DNA from: an uncultured Actinomycetes bacterium
Lineage (GTDB): Bacteria; Actinomycetota; Thermoleophilia; Gaiellales; JAICJC01
Reading direction: 5' to 3'
Assembly: GCA_963821535.1 (NCBI GenBank)
Contig: CAWGEC010000009.1
Span: 62,010-126,009, forward strand
Length of the DNA stretch: 64,000 nucleotides
Positions 51,149 to 62,240 of the stretch are shown here, piece after piece; position 1 is the first letter of the stretch; every line of letters begins with the position of its first letter. Position numbers and translations under genes: made by a program. Below the pieces are notes generated by a model. The model saw only the letters and a list, made by a program, of their open reading frames with translations. It ran no database searches and was not told the origin of the DNA.

Positions 51149-53095
51149 ATGCCGACCTCGGGCACCGCGCCGCTTTCACCCGACCTGCCGCTCGAGGATC
51201 CCGCCGACGACCGGCTCGGATACGTCCGCTTCTCCCGGCTGATCGCAAACGCGATCGCGTCGATGGTGCCGGTCGACGGCCTCGTGCTCGGCCTCCACGG
51301 GCCGCGCGGCGCGGGGCGGACGTCGGTCGCGAACTTCGTCCGGCGGCACCTGGAGGACGTCCCGCACACGGTCGTGTCGCAGTTCAACCCGTGGCGGTAC
51401 GCGCCGGGCGACGACATCGCCCGCCGGTACCTCTCGGCGCTCGTGCCCGTGCTCGCACCCGGCGTTGATGCGGGCGGCGACCCGGCGGCGACGCGCGTCG
51501 CCGCGGCCGAAGTGCTGCGCCGCGAGCGCACGCGGCATGTGGTCGTGATCGACGACCTCGACCGGGTCGCCCCGGAGCGGGTGGCCGAGATCGGGCGGCT
51601 GGTGTCGGCCGTGACCGATCTCCCGAACGTCGTCCACCTGATCGTGCTCGAGCGCACGGCCCTCGGCGAGTCCGACCTCGAGCGGGTCGTGCAGGTGCCG
51701 TTCGACCTCCCGCTGCCGGAGGGGCTCTCGCAGATGCTGTTCGACGACCTCCGCGCGCTGATGGCCGCGAACCCGCACTCGTCGGCGGTCACCGACGAGC
51801 ACTGGGACCAGATCTTCTCGCCGGGCATCGAGACCCTGATCGAGACGCCCCGCGACATCGTGCGGCTGATGAACGTGCTCCGCCTCACATACCCGCCGGT
51901 GTGCCGGGAGCTGAACCCGGTTGACTTCATCGCGATCGAGGCGATCCGGGTGTTCCTGCCCGAGCTCTACGACACCATCCGCCGCCACCCGAACATGTTC
52001 GCGGGCGAGCCGCGGGCGGTCGCCGTGGCCGGGACGGCCGCAGCCGGCCGCGAGTTCCATGACGCCTGGTCGGCCGAGCTCCCGGAGCGCCTGCGCGAGG
52101 CCGCCCAGACGCTGATCCTGCGGCTCTTCCCGGCCGTCCCCGACTTCCCGGGATCGGTGGTGAGCCGCGACATGAGCGGGAACACGCGCCAGGAGCTGCA
52201 CGTCGCGAGCCCCGAGCTGTTCGACGCCTACTTCCAGTTCGTCGTCCCCGAGACGACGGTCTCGAACGCCGAGATGGACGCGCACATGTCCCACCTCGAC
52301 GACCGGGCGGCGTTCGCGGCGCTGCTCCTGCGGCTGGCGTCCGAGCGCGACTCGTCGGGCGCGCCGCGCGTGACGGGCTTCCTGGAGCGCCTGCGCGACG
52401 CCGTCCCGACGCTCGACGCGGAGCGAGCCGCGAACGGGGTCGGCGGCCTGCTCGCGGCGGGCGACGATCTGCCCGACCGCCAGAGCGCCGTCGCCCTCAC
52501 CGTCGCGCTGCTGCGCCAGATCCCGCCGGCGGCAAGGCGCGAGCTGATCTACCGCGGCGGCGTCTCGGGCGGCATCGCGACGGCGGCCGCCGTCACCGTC
52601 GCGCTGGGCCAGGAGCACGGCCGCCACGGCGCCGATCCCCTGGAGCCGGAGGACCGGCGGCTCATCTCGGCGGTGGAGCTCGAGCAGCTCGAGCAGGCCG
52701 TCCTCGGCCGCCTGCGCCAGTACGCCGAGTCGGGCCGGCTGGCCATGTCGCCCGACCTGCCCGCTCTGCTCGCGGCGTGGCGGGCGTGGGACGCCGACGG
52801 CTGCCCGCGCTGGGTCGCGTCGGCGATCCAGCGCGACGACACGCTGGCCCGGATCGTCTCCGCCTTCGTCGTTCGCGTTCGCAGCGACGGCGGCCCGGCG
52901 CGCGGCCCGCACGGAAGCCTGCGCCTCGACCCCGAAGCCCTGCGGCCGTACATCGCGCCCGAGGCCGTCGTCGACCGGATCCGGCGGCTGGCGCGCGACA
53001 ACACGCTTGGCGGCGAGGTCACCGTCGCGCTCGATCAGTTCGTGCTTGAGTATGAGCTGCGGCAGGAGGGGGCCGCCGAGCTCGACGAGGTATAG
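51149..53095 (+). CDS. KAP-family P-loop NTPase with variant Walker A
   Basis: DRLGY..F, LHGPRGAGRTS, FNPW, VVIDDLDR, LERVVQVPF.LP, TPRDIVR; leaderless TAGAAT promoter. Confidence 0.85.
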   Translation: MPTSGTAPLSPDLPLEDPADDRLGYVRFSRLIANAIASMVPVDGLVLGLHGPRGAGRTSVANFVRRHLEDVPHTVVSQFNPWRYAPGDDIARRYLSALVPVLAPGVDAGGDPAATRVAAAEVLRRERTRHVVVIDDLDRVAPERVAEIGRLVSAVTDLPNVVHLIVLERTALGESDLERVVQVPFDLPLPEGLSQMLFDDLRALMAANPHSSAVTDEHWDQIFSPGIETLIETPRDIVRLMNVLRLTYPPVCRELNPVDFIAIEAIRVFLPELYDTIRRHPNMFAGEPRAVAVAGTAAAGREFHDAWSAELPERLREAAQTLILRLFPAVPDFPGSVVSRDMSGNTRQELHVASPELFDAYFQFVVPETTVSNAEMDAHMSHLDDRAAFAALLLRLASERDSSGAPRVTGFLERLRDAVPTLDAERAANGVGGLLAAGDDLPDRQSAVALTVALLRQIPPAARRELIYRGGVSGGIATAAAVTVALGQEHGRHGADPLEPEDRRLISAVELEQLEQAVLGRLRQYAESGRLAMSPDLPALLAAWRAWDADGCPRWVASAIQRDDTLARIVSAFVVRVRSDGGPARGPHGSLRLDPEALRPYIAPEAVVDRIRRLARDNTLGGEVTVALDQFVLEYELRQEGAAELDEV

Positions 53096-53107
53096 GAGGG
53101 AATCGGC

Positions 53108-54059
53108 ATGGCGGGACAGACGCTTCACGACGTTCGCGCGGACGCGTTCAACTACGTGTGGGACAACTCGATCGCCCCGGAGGTCGAGGTCGAGTCGGGC
53201 GATGACGTGGAGCTCCACGTCCGCGACGCTGGCGGACGAGCAGATCACGCCGGACTCCGGCACCGACGCCGTCGCGGCGCTCGACTTCTCGCACGTGAAC
53301 CCCGTGTCGGGGCCGGTCTTCGTGAAGGGCGCCCGGCCCGGCGACACACTGGCGGTCGAGATCCTCGAGCTGCGCCCGCGCGACTGGGGCTGGACGGCGA
53401 TCATCCCCGGGTTCGGCCTTCTGGCCGACGAGTTCCCCGACCCGTGGCTTCGGATCTCGAAGGTCGAGGAGGACGCGCGCCGGGTCGCGTTCGCCGAGAG
53501 CGTCACGCTGCCGTTCGAGCCGTTTCCCGGCACGATCGGCGTCGCGCTTCCCGAGCCCGGCGAGCACTCGGTCGTCCCACCGTCGGTCTGGGGCGGGAAC
53601 ATGGACGTGAAGCACCTGCGCGTCGGGACGACCCTGTTCCTGCCCGTCGGCGTCGACGGCGCGCTCTTCTCGGTCGGCGACACCCATGCGGCCATGGGCG
53701 ACGGCGAGGTGTGCGGCACGGCCGTCGAGGCGCCGATGGACATCGTCGTTCGGCTGAGCGTGCGGCGGGACATGACGATCGCCGCGCCGCAGTACCACTT
53801 CGCGGCCGGCGACCTGGCCCGCACCGAGGCCGGCTCGTACCACGTCACGACCGGCGTCGGCCCCGACCTGATGGAGGCCGCCCGCGATGCCACCCGGGCG
53901 ATGATCGGCCATCTGGGATCGCGATACGGGCTCGACCGGGAGGAGGCCTACGCGCTGTGCTCGGTCGCCTGCGACCTGCGGATCCACGAGGTGGTCGACG
54001 TCCCGAACTGGGTCGTCGGGATGTTCCTGCCCGAGACGGTCGTGGCGGGCCGGACGTGA
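53108..54059 (+). CDS. Acetamidase/formamidase (frameshift near 53230)
   Basis: NPVSGPV.V.GA.PGD.L, GGNMD, SVGDTHAAMGDGEVCGTA. Confidence 0.9.
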
Positions 54060-55480
54060 GCGCGCCGCGGGACACGCGGGCTGCGCCGGGAGCTCCGCTT
54101 CTGGGAGACGATCGCGCTCTCGATCGGGATCATGGCGCCGACCGCCGCGATGGCGCTGAACGGCGTCGGCGTCGCGGCGAACGTCGGCACGGGCGGTGCC
54201 GCTGCTCTTCATCGTGGCGACGATCGGCGTCTTCCTCGTCTCGTACGGGTTCGTGCGCCTCTCGGCCCACTACGCGCACGCCGGGTCGGTGTACGCCTTC
54301 AGCGGCGCGACGCTCGGCCCGCAGGCCGGGTTCTTCGCCGGCTGGGCGCTGCTCGGCACCTACCTGGCGTTCACGGTCGGCGTCGGCGGCGGAGATCGGC
54401 CTCTTCTTCGGCGCGTTCCTGAACGGCACCGGGCATCTGGGCCGGCACCGGAGTGGGTCGTGATCGCGCTCGGCGCCGCCGTCCTGATCGGCCTGCTCGC
54501 CTACGGCGACATCAAGGTCACGACGCGCGCGCTGCTCTCGATGGAGGCGATCTCGGTCACGCTGATCATCATGCTGATGGTCGTCATCTTCGCCAAGCTG
54601 ATCGGCGGCACGGCGCCGGGCCATGGCGACATCTCGCGCGATGTCTTCTCGCTCCCGGAGGGGGTGGGGCGGGGCGCATTCGGGCTCGGCGCCGTGCTCG
54701 CGTTCCTGTCGTTCGCCGGGTTCGAGGGCGCGGCCGCCCTGGGCGAGGAGACGTCCAATCCGAAGCGCGAGATCCCGCGTGCGATCCGAAACGCGGTGCT
54801 CGCGGCGGGCATCTTCTACATCGTCTGCATGCTCGCCCAGACGCTGGGGGTTCGGCACCGACGCCGCGGGCGTGGCGGCCTTCGCCGGGTCGGCCTCGCC
54901 GCTCGGTGACCTGGGTCGAGCTACATCGGCTCGTGGATGGGCGACGCTGATCAACCTCGGCGCCGCCGTGAGCGCCTTTGCGAGCTCGCTCGGCACGGCC
55001 ACGGGCGCCTCGCGCATCCTCTACGCGATGGGGCGCGACGGCTTCGGGACGAGCCGCCTGGGGACGTCGTCGCAGCGCACGGGCGCGCCGGCGGCCGCGC
55101 TGGTCGTCGTGATGACCATCGCGATCGTCGCCATCATCGGGATGCGGCTGAACGGCACGAACGTCGTGAACGCCTTCTTCTACCCCGGCACGATCGGCGT
55201 CCTCAGCCTGCTCGTCGCGTACGTCGTGACGAACGTCGGGGCGATCAAGCTGTTCGCCTTCGACCGCCAGGAGAAGCGGTGGGAGATGGGGATCTCGGTG
55301 CTCGGCATCGCGTTCCTGCTCTATGTGCTGTGGCGCGAACGTGAGCGGCCAGATCTACCCGTACGACCACTTCTGGCAGGTCGTCGCGATCTGGCTCCTC
55401 GTCGGCCTGGGGATCGTGCTGCTGGTGCCGGGCCTCGCGAAACGCATCGGCCGGGCCTCGCGCAGCTGTCCGGGGCCTAG
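54056..55480 (+). CDS. APC-family amino acid/amine permease (multiple frameshifts)
   Basis: LRRELRFW, HAGSVYAF, FLSFAGFEGAAALGEE..NP.R.IPRAI, SRILYAMGRDG. Confidence 0.82.
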
Positions 55481-56715
55481 AACAGCTGCGGCGATCTCCG
55501 CGGCCAGCCGCTGCACCTTGGCGATCGCCTCGACGGCGTCCTCGACACCCGCCTCGTCGGAGCGGAAGATGCTCTCGTTCAGGTAGACGGCGGTGCGCTC
55601 GCCGGCGGCCTCGGCCACCGGGAAGCTCATCCGCGCCGGGTCGAGCCGGTCGGCGTACTCGACCGCCACGGGCAGTCGTGAGAGCGACGGCTGGAAGAGG
55701 TCGTAGCGGCTCATCGGCGGGTACTGCACCTCGGCCGGGACGCCCTCGGCCTCGAGCGCCTCGGCGACCTGCTCGTTGGTGGCGCCGGCGAAGGCTTCGG
55801 GGTCGATCTCGAAGATGTAGCGATAGAAGCTCCAGCGCGTGATCCGCGGGTCGCGGTGCTTGACGGTGACGCCCGGAAGCTCGGCGCCGAGCCGCTCGAA
55901 GTGGGCGCCGAGCGCCGCCCGCCGCTCCTGCTGGGCCGGGAACCGGCGCAGGCCGTTCACGAGCAGGGCGCAGCCCAGCTCGCCCAGGCGGTAGTTGGCG
56001 CCGAACGTGTACTCCTGCTCGGCGGCGTCCTTCGGCCGGCCGCAGTCGATCAGCGAGTGCGCCCGGCGGGCCAGCCGCTCGTCCTGGGTGGTGAGCGTGC
56101 CGCCCTCGCCGGCGGTCAGGATCTTCGTGGACTGGTGGCTGAACGAGCCGAAGTCGCCGATGCAGCCGGCACCCTGGTCGCGCCAGCGCTGACCGTGGGC
56201 GTGGGCGCAGTCCTCGACGACGAAGAGGTCGTGGCGCCGCGCGATCTCCATGATCCGGTCCATGTCGGCCATCTGCTGGCCCAGGTGGACGGGCATGATC
56301 GCGCGCGTCCGCGGCGTGACCGCAGCCTCGACGAGGTCGGGGTCGATCGTCCAGTGAGCGGGCTCGACGTCGACGAAGACCGGGAGCGCGCCGGCCGCCA
56401 TCGCCGCGTACGGCGTGGCGGCGAACGTGAGGGCGGGGATGATCACCTCGTCGCCCCAGCCGACGCCGAGCGCCTTCAGCGCCACCTCCATCGAGACGGT
56501 GCCGTTGGCCAGGACGATGCCGTGCTTCGCGCCCTGATAGGCGGCGAAGCCGGCGGCGAATTCGGCAGCCCGCGGCCCCGGCTCGGGGTACCCCCGACCT
56601 GCCCGCCGCGCACCACCGCGGTCACCGCCTCGACGTCGGACTCGTCGAGCGACGGCCAGTCAGGGTAGGGCGTCGAGCGCACCGGCGTGCCGCCTGAGAT
56701 CGCGAGCTTGCTCAC
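55477..56715 (-). CDS. DegT/DnrJ/StrS sugar aminotransferase (RifK/NtdA-like; frameshifted, 3' end uncertain)
   Basis: MSKLAISGG.PVR, NGT, TFAAT, PVHL, EDCAHAHG, SFSHQSTK.LTAGEGG, G.NYR. Confidence 0.88.
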
Positions 56716-56725
56716 ATCGCGGCCC

Positions 56726-56786
56726 TTGACTTCCGTCCGTCCACGGGCATATCGTCTCCTACTGTCAGGAAAGTTTCCTTACTATA
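56726..56786. promoter_or_regulatory. Divergent promoters with a CsnR-type operator AGGAAAGTTTCCT (56767-56779)
   Basis: + strand TTGACT-N18-TATCGT; - strand TATAGT at 56786-56781; second copy of the palindrome. Confidence 0.8.
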
Positions 56787-56807
56787 CGGCAGCGGGAGGC
56801 CGTCGGT

Positions 56808-58011
56808 ATCGAGCCCGCATTCTCACCGGGAACGCCGAGCCTGCTTCGCGCGATCAACGAGCGCGCCGTGCTCGAGCTGATCCGCACCACGGGGTCGGTG
56901 TCGCGCGCGGAGGTCGCCCGCCGAAGCGGCCTCTCCAAGCCCACGGTGTCGCAGGCGCTCACCGGCCTGCTCGACTCGCGGCTCGTGCGCGAGGTGGGCC
57001 GCGAGAGCGGCCGCAAGGGGCCGGGCGCCGTCCTCTATGAGCTCAATCCCGAGTCGGGGTGGGTCGTCGGCCTCGACGTCGGCCGGCAGTGGGTGCGGGT
57101 CGCGCTGGCCGACATCACCGGCCGGATCATCGCCCGGCGCGACGAGCGCACCCGCGCCCGGAGCGCCGCGACGCTCGTGGCCCAGATCGGCCGGATCGGC
57201 CACGACGTCGCCGCCGACGCGGGCCTGCGCTGGTCGCAGGTGACCCACGCGACCGTCGGCAACCCCGGCGTGCTCGACCCGTCGCGCGGCCAGCTCTCGC
57301 TCGCGCCGAACCTGCCCGGGTGGGGGAAGCCGGGGCTCGTCGAGGCGATCCGGGCCGAGCTGGGGACGCGCACGAGCTTCGAGAACGACGTCAACCTGGC
57401 CGCGCTCGGGGAGCGGGCGCTCGGCGCCGGCCGCGGCGTGGCCGACTTCTGCTTCCTCTGGATCGGCACCGGCGTCGGGCTCGGGATCGTCATCGGCGGC
57501 GAGCTCCACCGCGGCGCGGCGGGCGCCGCCGGCGAGATCGGCTACCTGCCGCTCGGATCCGGCGACCCGCACGACCGCGCCGTGCGCCGCCGCGGCCTGC
57601 TCGAGGAGTCGGCGTCGGGCGCCGCCGTGATGCGCGCCGCCCGCGAGGCGGGGATGCGGGCGCGGACGCCCAAGGCCGTCTTCGCCGCTGCCCGCCGCGG
57701 CGAGCAGGCGGCCCTGCGGGCGGTCGATGTCGAGTCCGCGCGGATCGCGCTCGCGATCGCCGCGGTCGCGCCCGTGCTCGATCCGGAGCTCGTGATCCTG
57801 GGCGGCGGGATCGCCCGCGGCGGCGGCGACCTCCTGCTCGCGCCCGTCGCCCGCGAGCTCGCGGCGCTCTCGCCGTTTCGGCCGCGGCTCGCGATCACGG
57901 AGCTCGGCGACGAGGCGGTGCTGCACGGGGCGGTGTCGGTCGCGCTCGACGCCGCCCGCAGGGAGATGTTCGACCGCGCCAGCGACCTGGAGGAAGGAGA
58001 GGGTGGTATGA
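56808..58011 (+). CDS. ROK-family repressor (CsnR-like); start and stop uncertain
   Basis: PGTPSLLRAINERAVL, SKPTVS HTH, ENDVNLAA, GTGVGLG, AGEIG. Confidence 0.88.
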
Positions 58012-59383
58012 AGAACCAGTCCGGAGGATCAGACGGTGGGCCTCGCGGCTCGGGGCCGTCGCCCTGGCGCTCGCGGTCGCGGCGTGCGGAGGGGGCGGGG
58101 GAGGCGCGGCCAGCTCCGGCGGCGGCTCGACCTCGCACACGCCGGTGACGATCACGCTCTGGCACCTCTTCGGCGGCGAGGAGGCGCCGGTCTTCAAGAA
58201 GGCGCTCGCCGGGTTCCACGAGCAGTACCCGTGGATCACCGTGAAGCCGGTCGTCCAGCCGAACACGGTGAACGACACCTTCGATCCGAACCTCATCAAC
58301 GCGATCAAGGGCGGGAACGCGCCCGACGTCGCGCTGCCCTTCGGGCCCGACTACGTCGCCCAGTACTGCACGAGCGGCCTGTGGCAGGACCTGACGCCGT
58401 ACATGCAGCGCGACAACGTCGACGATCTCGAGCTTCGCGAAGGCCGCGGTCAGCTACACGAACTTCGGCGGCAAGCAGTGCGCGCTGCCGTCGCTGACCG
58501 ACGCGTACGGCCTGTACTACAACAAGGACCTGCTCGCGAAGGCGGGCATCACGTCGCCGCCCAAGACGATGACCGAGCTCATGGACGACGCGAAGAAGCT
58601 CACCGTCCGCAACCCCGACGGCTCGATCAAGGTGGCCGGCTTCGTCCCGCTGAACGAGTGGGAGGAGCTCGGGCCGTCCGACCTCGGACGCGCGTGGGGG
58701 GCGCAGTGGTTCGACTCGAACGGCGATCCGCAGCTCTCCACCGATCCCGGCTGGACGTCGGCGCTCGAGTGGCAGAAGCAGCTGATCGACTGGTACGGCT
58801 ACGACAACATCGAGAAGTTCTTCGCCACCTACACGAACGCCGAGTTCAACGCCAACAACGCCTTCCAGACCGGCAAGGTCGCGATGACGTTCGACGGCGA
58901 GTGGCGGACGGCGTTCATCGCGCGCGGCAACCCGAAGCTCAACTACGACACGCGCGCCGTTCCCGGTCGCCGACGACCATCCCGACCTGTACGGCTCGGG
59001 CCGCGTCGGCGGCACGGTGGTCGGCATCCCCAAGGGCGCCGCGCCATCCGGACGAGGCGTGGCTCCTCGTGAAGTACCTCGCGACCGACACGAACTACCT
59101 CGTGACGATCGCGAACGACGCCGGGAACGTGCCGACGACGACCGCGTCGGCGGCCTCGCCGAACCTCGCGCTTCCGCCCCAGTTCCACACGTTCATCGAC
59201 GTCTGGAACAACCCGACCTCGAGCTTCCAGCCGCCGCTTCTGCCGCAGGGGGCGGGCTACGCCGACCTGGCCGACAAGTTCATGAGCCAGTGGCAGGCGG
59301 GCAAGATCTCTGATCTCCACGCCGCGCTCGCGAAGCTCGACAGCGACATCACAAACCAGCTCCAGCAGGGAGAGGTGCCGTAG
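58008..59383 (+). CDS. Sugar ABC substrate-binding lipoprotein (CsnE-like; frameshifted)
   Basis: Lipobox VAAC, GLYYNKDL, PPKT..EL, FQTGKVAM..DGEW, AW.LVKYL. Confidence 0.85.
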
Positions 59384-60387
59384 CGGTCACCGAGCAGGCG
59401 CCTCGCGTAGGCATCCGGACGCGCACGCCGGCCGAGCGCCGGCGTGCGCGCCGCCGGGTCGCCGTCTCCAAGTACGGCACCGTCGCGCTCCTGCTCTCGC
59501 CGTGGATCGTCGGGTTCGCGCTCTTCACGGCAGGGCCGATGGTCCTGAGTCTCTACTACTCGTTCACCCACTACGACCTCCTGAACCCGCCCCACTGGGT
59601 GGGGCTCGACAACTACCGCTTCATGTTCGGGCTCGGCACGATCGACGGCCGCAAGCAGGCCGACCCGTACTACTGGCAGTCGGTCAAGAACACGCTCTGG
59701 ATCATCGCCGTGGCGGTGCCCCTGCGGATCGCCTTCGCGTTGGGGACGGCGATGCTCCTCACCCGGCCGAAGCGGGGCGTGAACGTCTACCGGACGGTCT
59801 TCTTCATGCCGTCGCTCGCGCCGACGGTCGGGAGCGCGCTGGTGTTCGTCTACCTTCTGAACCCCACCACCGGGCCGGTGAACCAGGTGCTCGAGCAGAT
59901 CCCGGGGATCTCGGCTCCGCTCTGGTTCTACGACCCGACCTGGGCGAAGCCGGCGCTCATCGTGCTCGGCCTGTGGGGGATCGGCGACGCGATCGTGATC
60001 TACCTCGCCGGGCTGCTCGATGTGCCCCGCGACCTCTACGAGGCGATCGCGATCGAGGGCGCGAACGCCTGGCAGCGGTTCCGCTACGTGACGCTGCCGA
60101 TGATGACGCCGGTCATCTTCTTCACCCTCGTGATCGGGGTCATCGACGGCTTCCAGTACTTCGACCAGGCCTACGTGTCGGCGAGCACCGCCGGCAGCGG
60201 CCCGGGTGATCCCCAGGGCTCGCTGCTCTTCTACGGCGTCTGGCTCTACCAGCAGGCGTTCTCGTACTTCCACATGGGGTATGCCTCCGCGATGGCGTGG
60301 GTGCTCTTCCTCGCCACGATGGCGTTCACCGCGGGCCTGCTCGTGACGTCGAAGCGGTGGGTGCACTACCGGGGAGGTCTGTCGTAG
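59380..60387 (+). CDS. Sugar ABC permease (CsnF-like)
   Basis: SPWIVGF, YEA..IEGA..WQRF..VTLP EAA loop; first in-frame ATG 59539. Confidence 0.88.
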   Translation, partial: VAVTEQAPRVGIRTRTPAERRRARRRVAVSKYGTVALLLSPWIVGFALFTAGPMVLSLYYSFTHYDLLNPPHWVGLDNYRFMFGLGTIDGRKQADPYYWQSVKNTLWIIAVAVPLRIAFALGTAMLLTRPKRGVNVYRTVFFMPSLAPTVGSALVFVYLLNPTTGPVNQVLEQIPGISAPLWFYDPTWAKPALIVLGLWGIGDAIVIYLAGLLDVPRDLYEAIAIEGANAWQRFRYVTLPMMTPVIFFTLVIGVIDGFQYFDQAYVSASTAGSGPGDPQGSLLFYGVWLYQQAFSYFHMGYASAMAWVLFLATMAFTAGLLVTSKRWVHYRGGLS

Positions 60388-61271
60388 CCTCGGTCGTCGC
60401 CACCCGCCGCCTGCCGCCGCACGTCCGCCGCCGCCGGCTCCTGATGTCGATCGCGAACCACGCCGTGCTGATCGCGGTCGCCCTGGCCTTCGCGCTGCCG
60501 GTGATCTTCATGCTCCTGACGGCGGTGATGACCGACCAGCAGGCGCTCACGGCGCGCCTTGTCCCCGATCCGGTGCAGCTCTCGAACTTCCGGGACGTGT
60601 TCAGCAGCATCAACTTCGCCCGGTACACGTGGAACACGTTCCTGTACGCCGGCCTCTCGACGGTCGGCGTCGTGGTCTCGTGCATCCCGGTCGCCTACGC
60701 CTTCTCGCGCATCGATTGGCGCGGGCGGAACGTCGTCTTCCTGCTCGTCCTCTCGACGCTCATGCTGCCGACCCAGGTCACCTCGGTGACGCTCTACATC
60801 CTGTGGGCGAAGGAGTTCCACGACTGGACCGGGATCCAGTACATCGGGACGCTGAAGCCGCTCATCATCCCGAGCTTCTTCGGCGACGCCTTCTCGATCT
60901 TCCTGCTGCGCCAGTTCTTCCTGACGATCCCGAAGGAGCTGACGGACGCCGTGCGGGTCGACGGCGGCGGGCACCTCCAGATCCTGCGCCGGGTGATCAT
61001 CCCGCTCTCGAAGCCGGCGATCGCCGCCGTCGCGCTCTTCAACTTCATCTACACCTGGAACGACTTCTACGGGCCGCTCGTGTTCCTGGCGGGGAGCACG
61101 GACTCCCAGACGCTCTCCGTCGCCCTCTCGTCGTTCCGCGGCGTGCACCACGTGAACTGGAACCTCACCATGGCGGCCGCGCTGATCTTCATGATGCCGG
61201 TGATCATGATCTTCTTCCTCGCTCAGCGCGTCTTCATCGAGGGCATCACGCTCACCGGCGTCAAGGGTTGA
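60384..61271 (+). CDS. Sugar ABC permease (CsnG-like)
   Basis: IFLLRQFF..IP.EL.DA..VDG, WNDF.GPL, FIEGI..TG.KG. Confidence 0.9.
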   Translation, partial: VASVVATRRLPPHVRRRRLLMSIANHAVLIAVALAFALPVIFMLLTAVMTDQQALTARLVPDPVQLSNFRDVFSSINFARYTWNTFLYAGLSTVGVVVSCIPVAYAFSRIDWRGRNVVFLLVLSTLMLPTQVTSVTLYILWAKEFHDWTGIQYIGTLKPLIIPSFFGDAFSIFLLRQFFLTIPKELTDAVRVDGGGHLQILRRVIIPLSKPAIAAVALFNFIYTWNDFYGPLVFLAGSTDSQTLSVALSSFRGVHHVNWNLTMAAALIFMMPVIMIFFLAQRVFIEGITLTGVKG

Positions 61272-62240
61272 CGCCGGTGCCAGGATCGGTCCGGGTCGCC
61301 ATCCTCGGCTCGGGGTTCATCGCGGCGTATCACGCCCGCGCCGTCTCCGAGCTGCCGGACGCCGACGTCGTCGCGGCCGCCAACTGGCGGCCCGAGTCGC
61401 TTGCGAAGCTGGCCGAGACGTTCGCCGTCCCGCGCACCACGACCGACTGGCGCGAGCTGGTCGGAGATCCGGGGATCGATGCGGTCGTCGTCGACGACGC
61501 CCAACAGCCTGCACGCCGAGCAGTCGATCGCGTTCCTCGACGCGGGCCAGCACGTGATGGTCGAGAAGCCGATGGCGATGGACGTCGCCGAGGCCGACGC
61601 GATGGTGGCGGCGGCCGAGCGCTCGAGCGCGTCGCTGATGGTGGCGCACTGCTGGCGGTTTCACCCCGCCGTCCTCGCCCTGCGCGAGCGGATCGCCGCG
61701 GGCGAGCTCGGCGAGGTGGTGAAGACGCGCGGCTACGGCGTGCATGCCAAGTGGGGCCCGGCAGGGTGGTTCGTCGACCCCGCGCTGGCCGGCGGCGGCG
61801 CGCTCGCCGACATGGGCGTCCATGCGATCGACACCGCCCGGTTCCTCCTGGGCGGGCCCGAGCCGGTCCGGGTGTGTGCGACGGTCGGCACCCGCTACAG
61901 CGACCTTGCGGTCGATGACGACGCCGTCCTTCTCATCTCGTGGGCGAACGGGACGAACTCGGTCGTCGAGTCGGGCTGGTGGCAGCCGCACCTGGGCGGC
62001 CTCGAGGCCGAGACCGAGGTCTACGGCACCGGCGGCTACGCGCGGATCTTCGGCTACACCGAGCCGCCGGCGCCCGACTACGAGCACTGCCCGCAGTCGA
62101 TGTACACCGCCCAGATGGCCGAGTTCTGCGATGCCCTTCGCGAGGGCCGGGAGCCGACGCCGACCGGCGCAGACGGGCGGGTCGTGATGCAGGTCGTCGA
62201 GGACGCCTACCGGTCGGCGGCCGTGCTGGAGGCGCGATGA
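61268..62240 (+). CDS. Gfo/Idh/MocA NAD(P)-dependent sugar oxidoreductase (frameshift near 61495)
   Basis: AILGSGFIA..H, TPN..H, HV.VEKPMA, GGGAL.D.G.H. Confidence 0.88.

Noticed and set aside
56868-58148. ROK-SBP fusion suggested by the ORF track
   Set aside because: The SBP has its own SD, ATG (58008) and lipoprotein signal; the read-through is most likely an indel artefact
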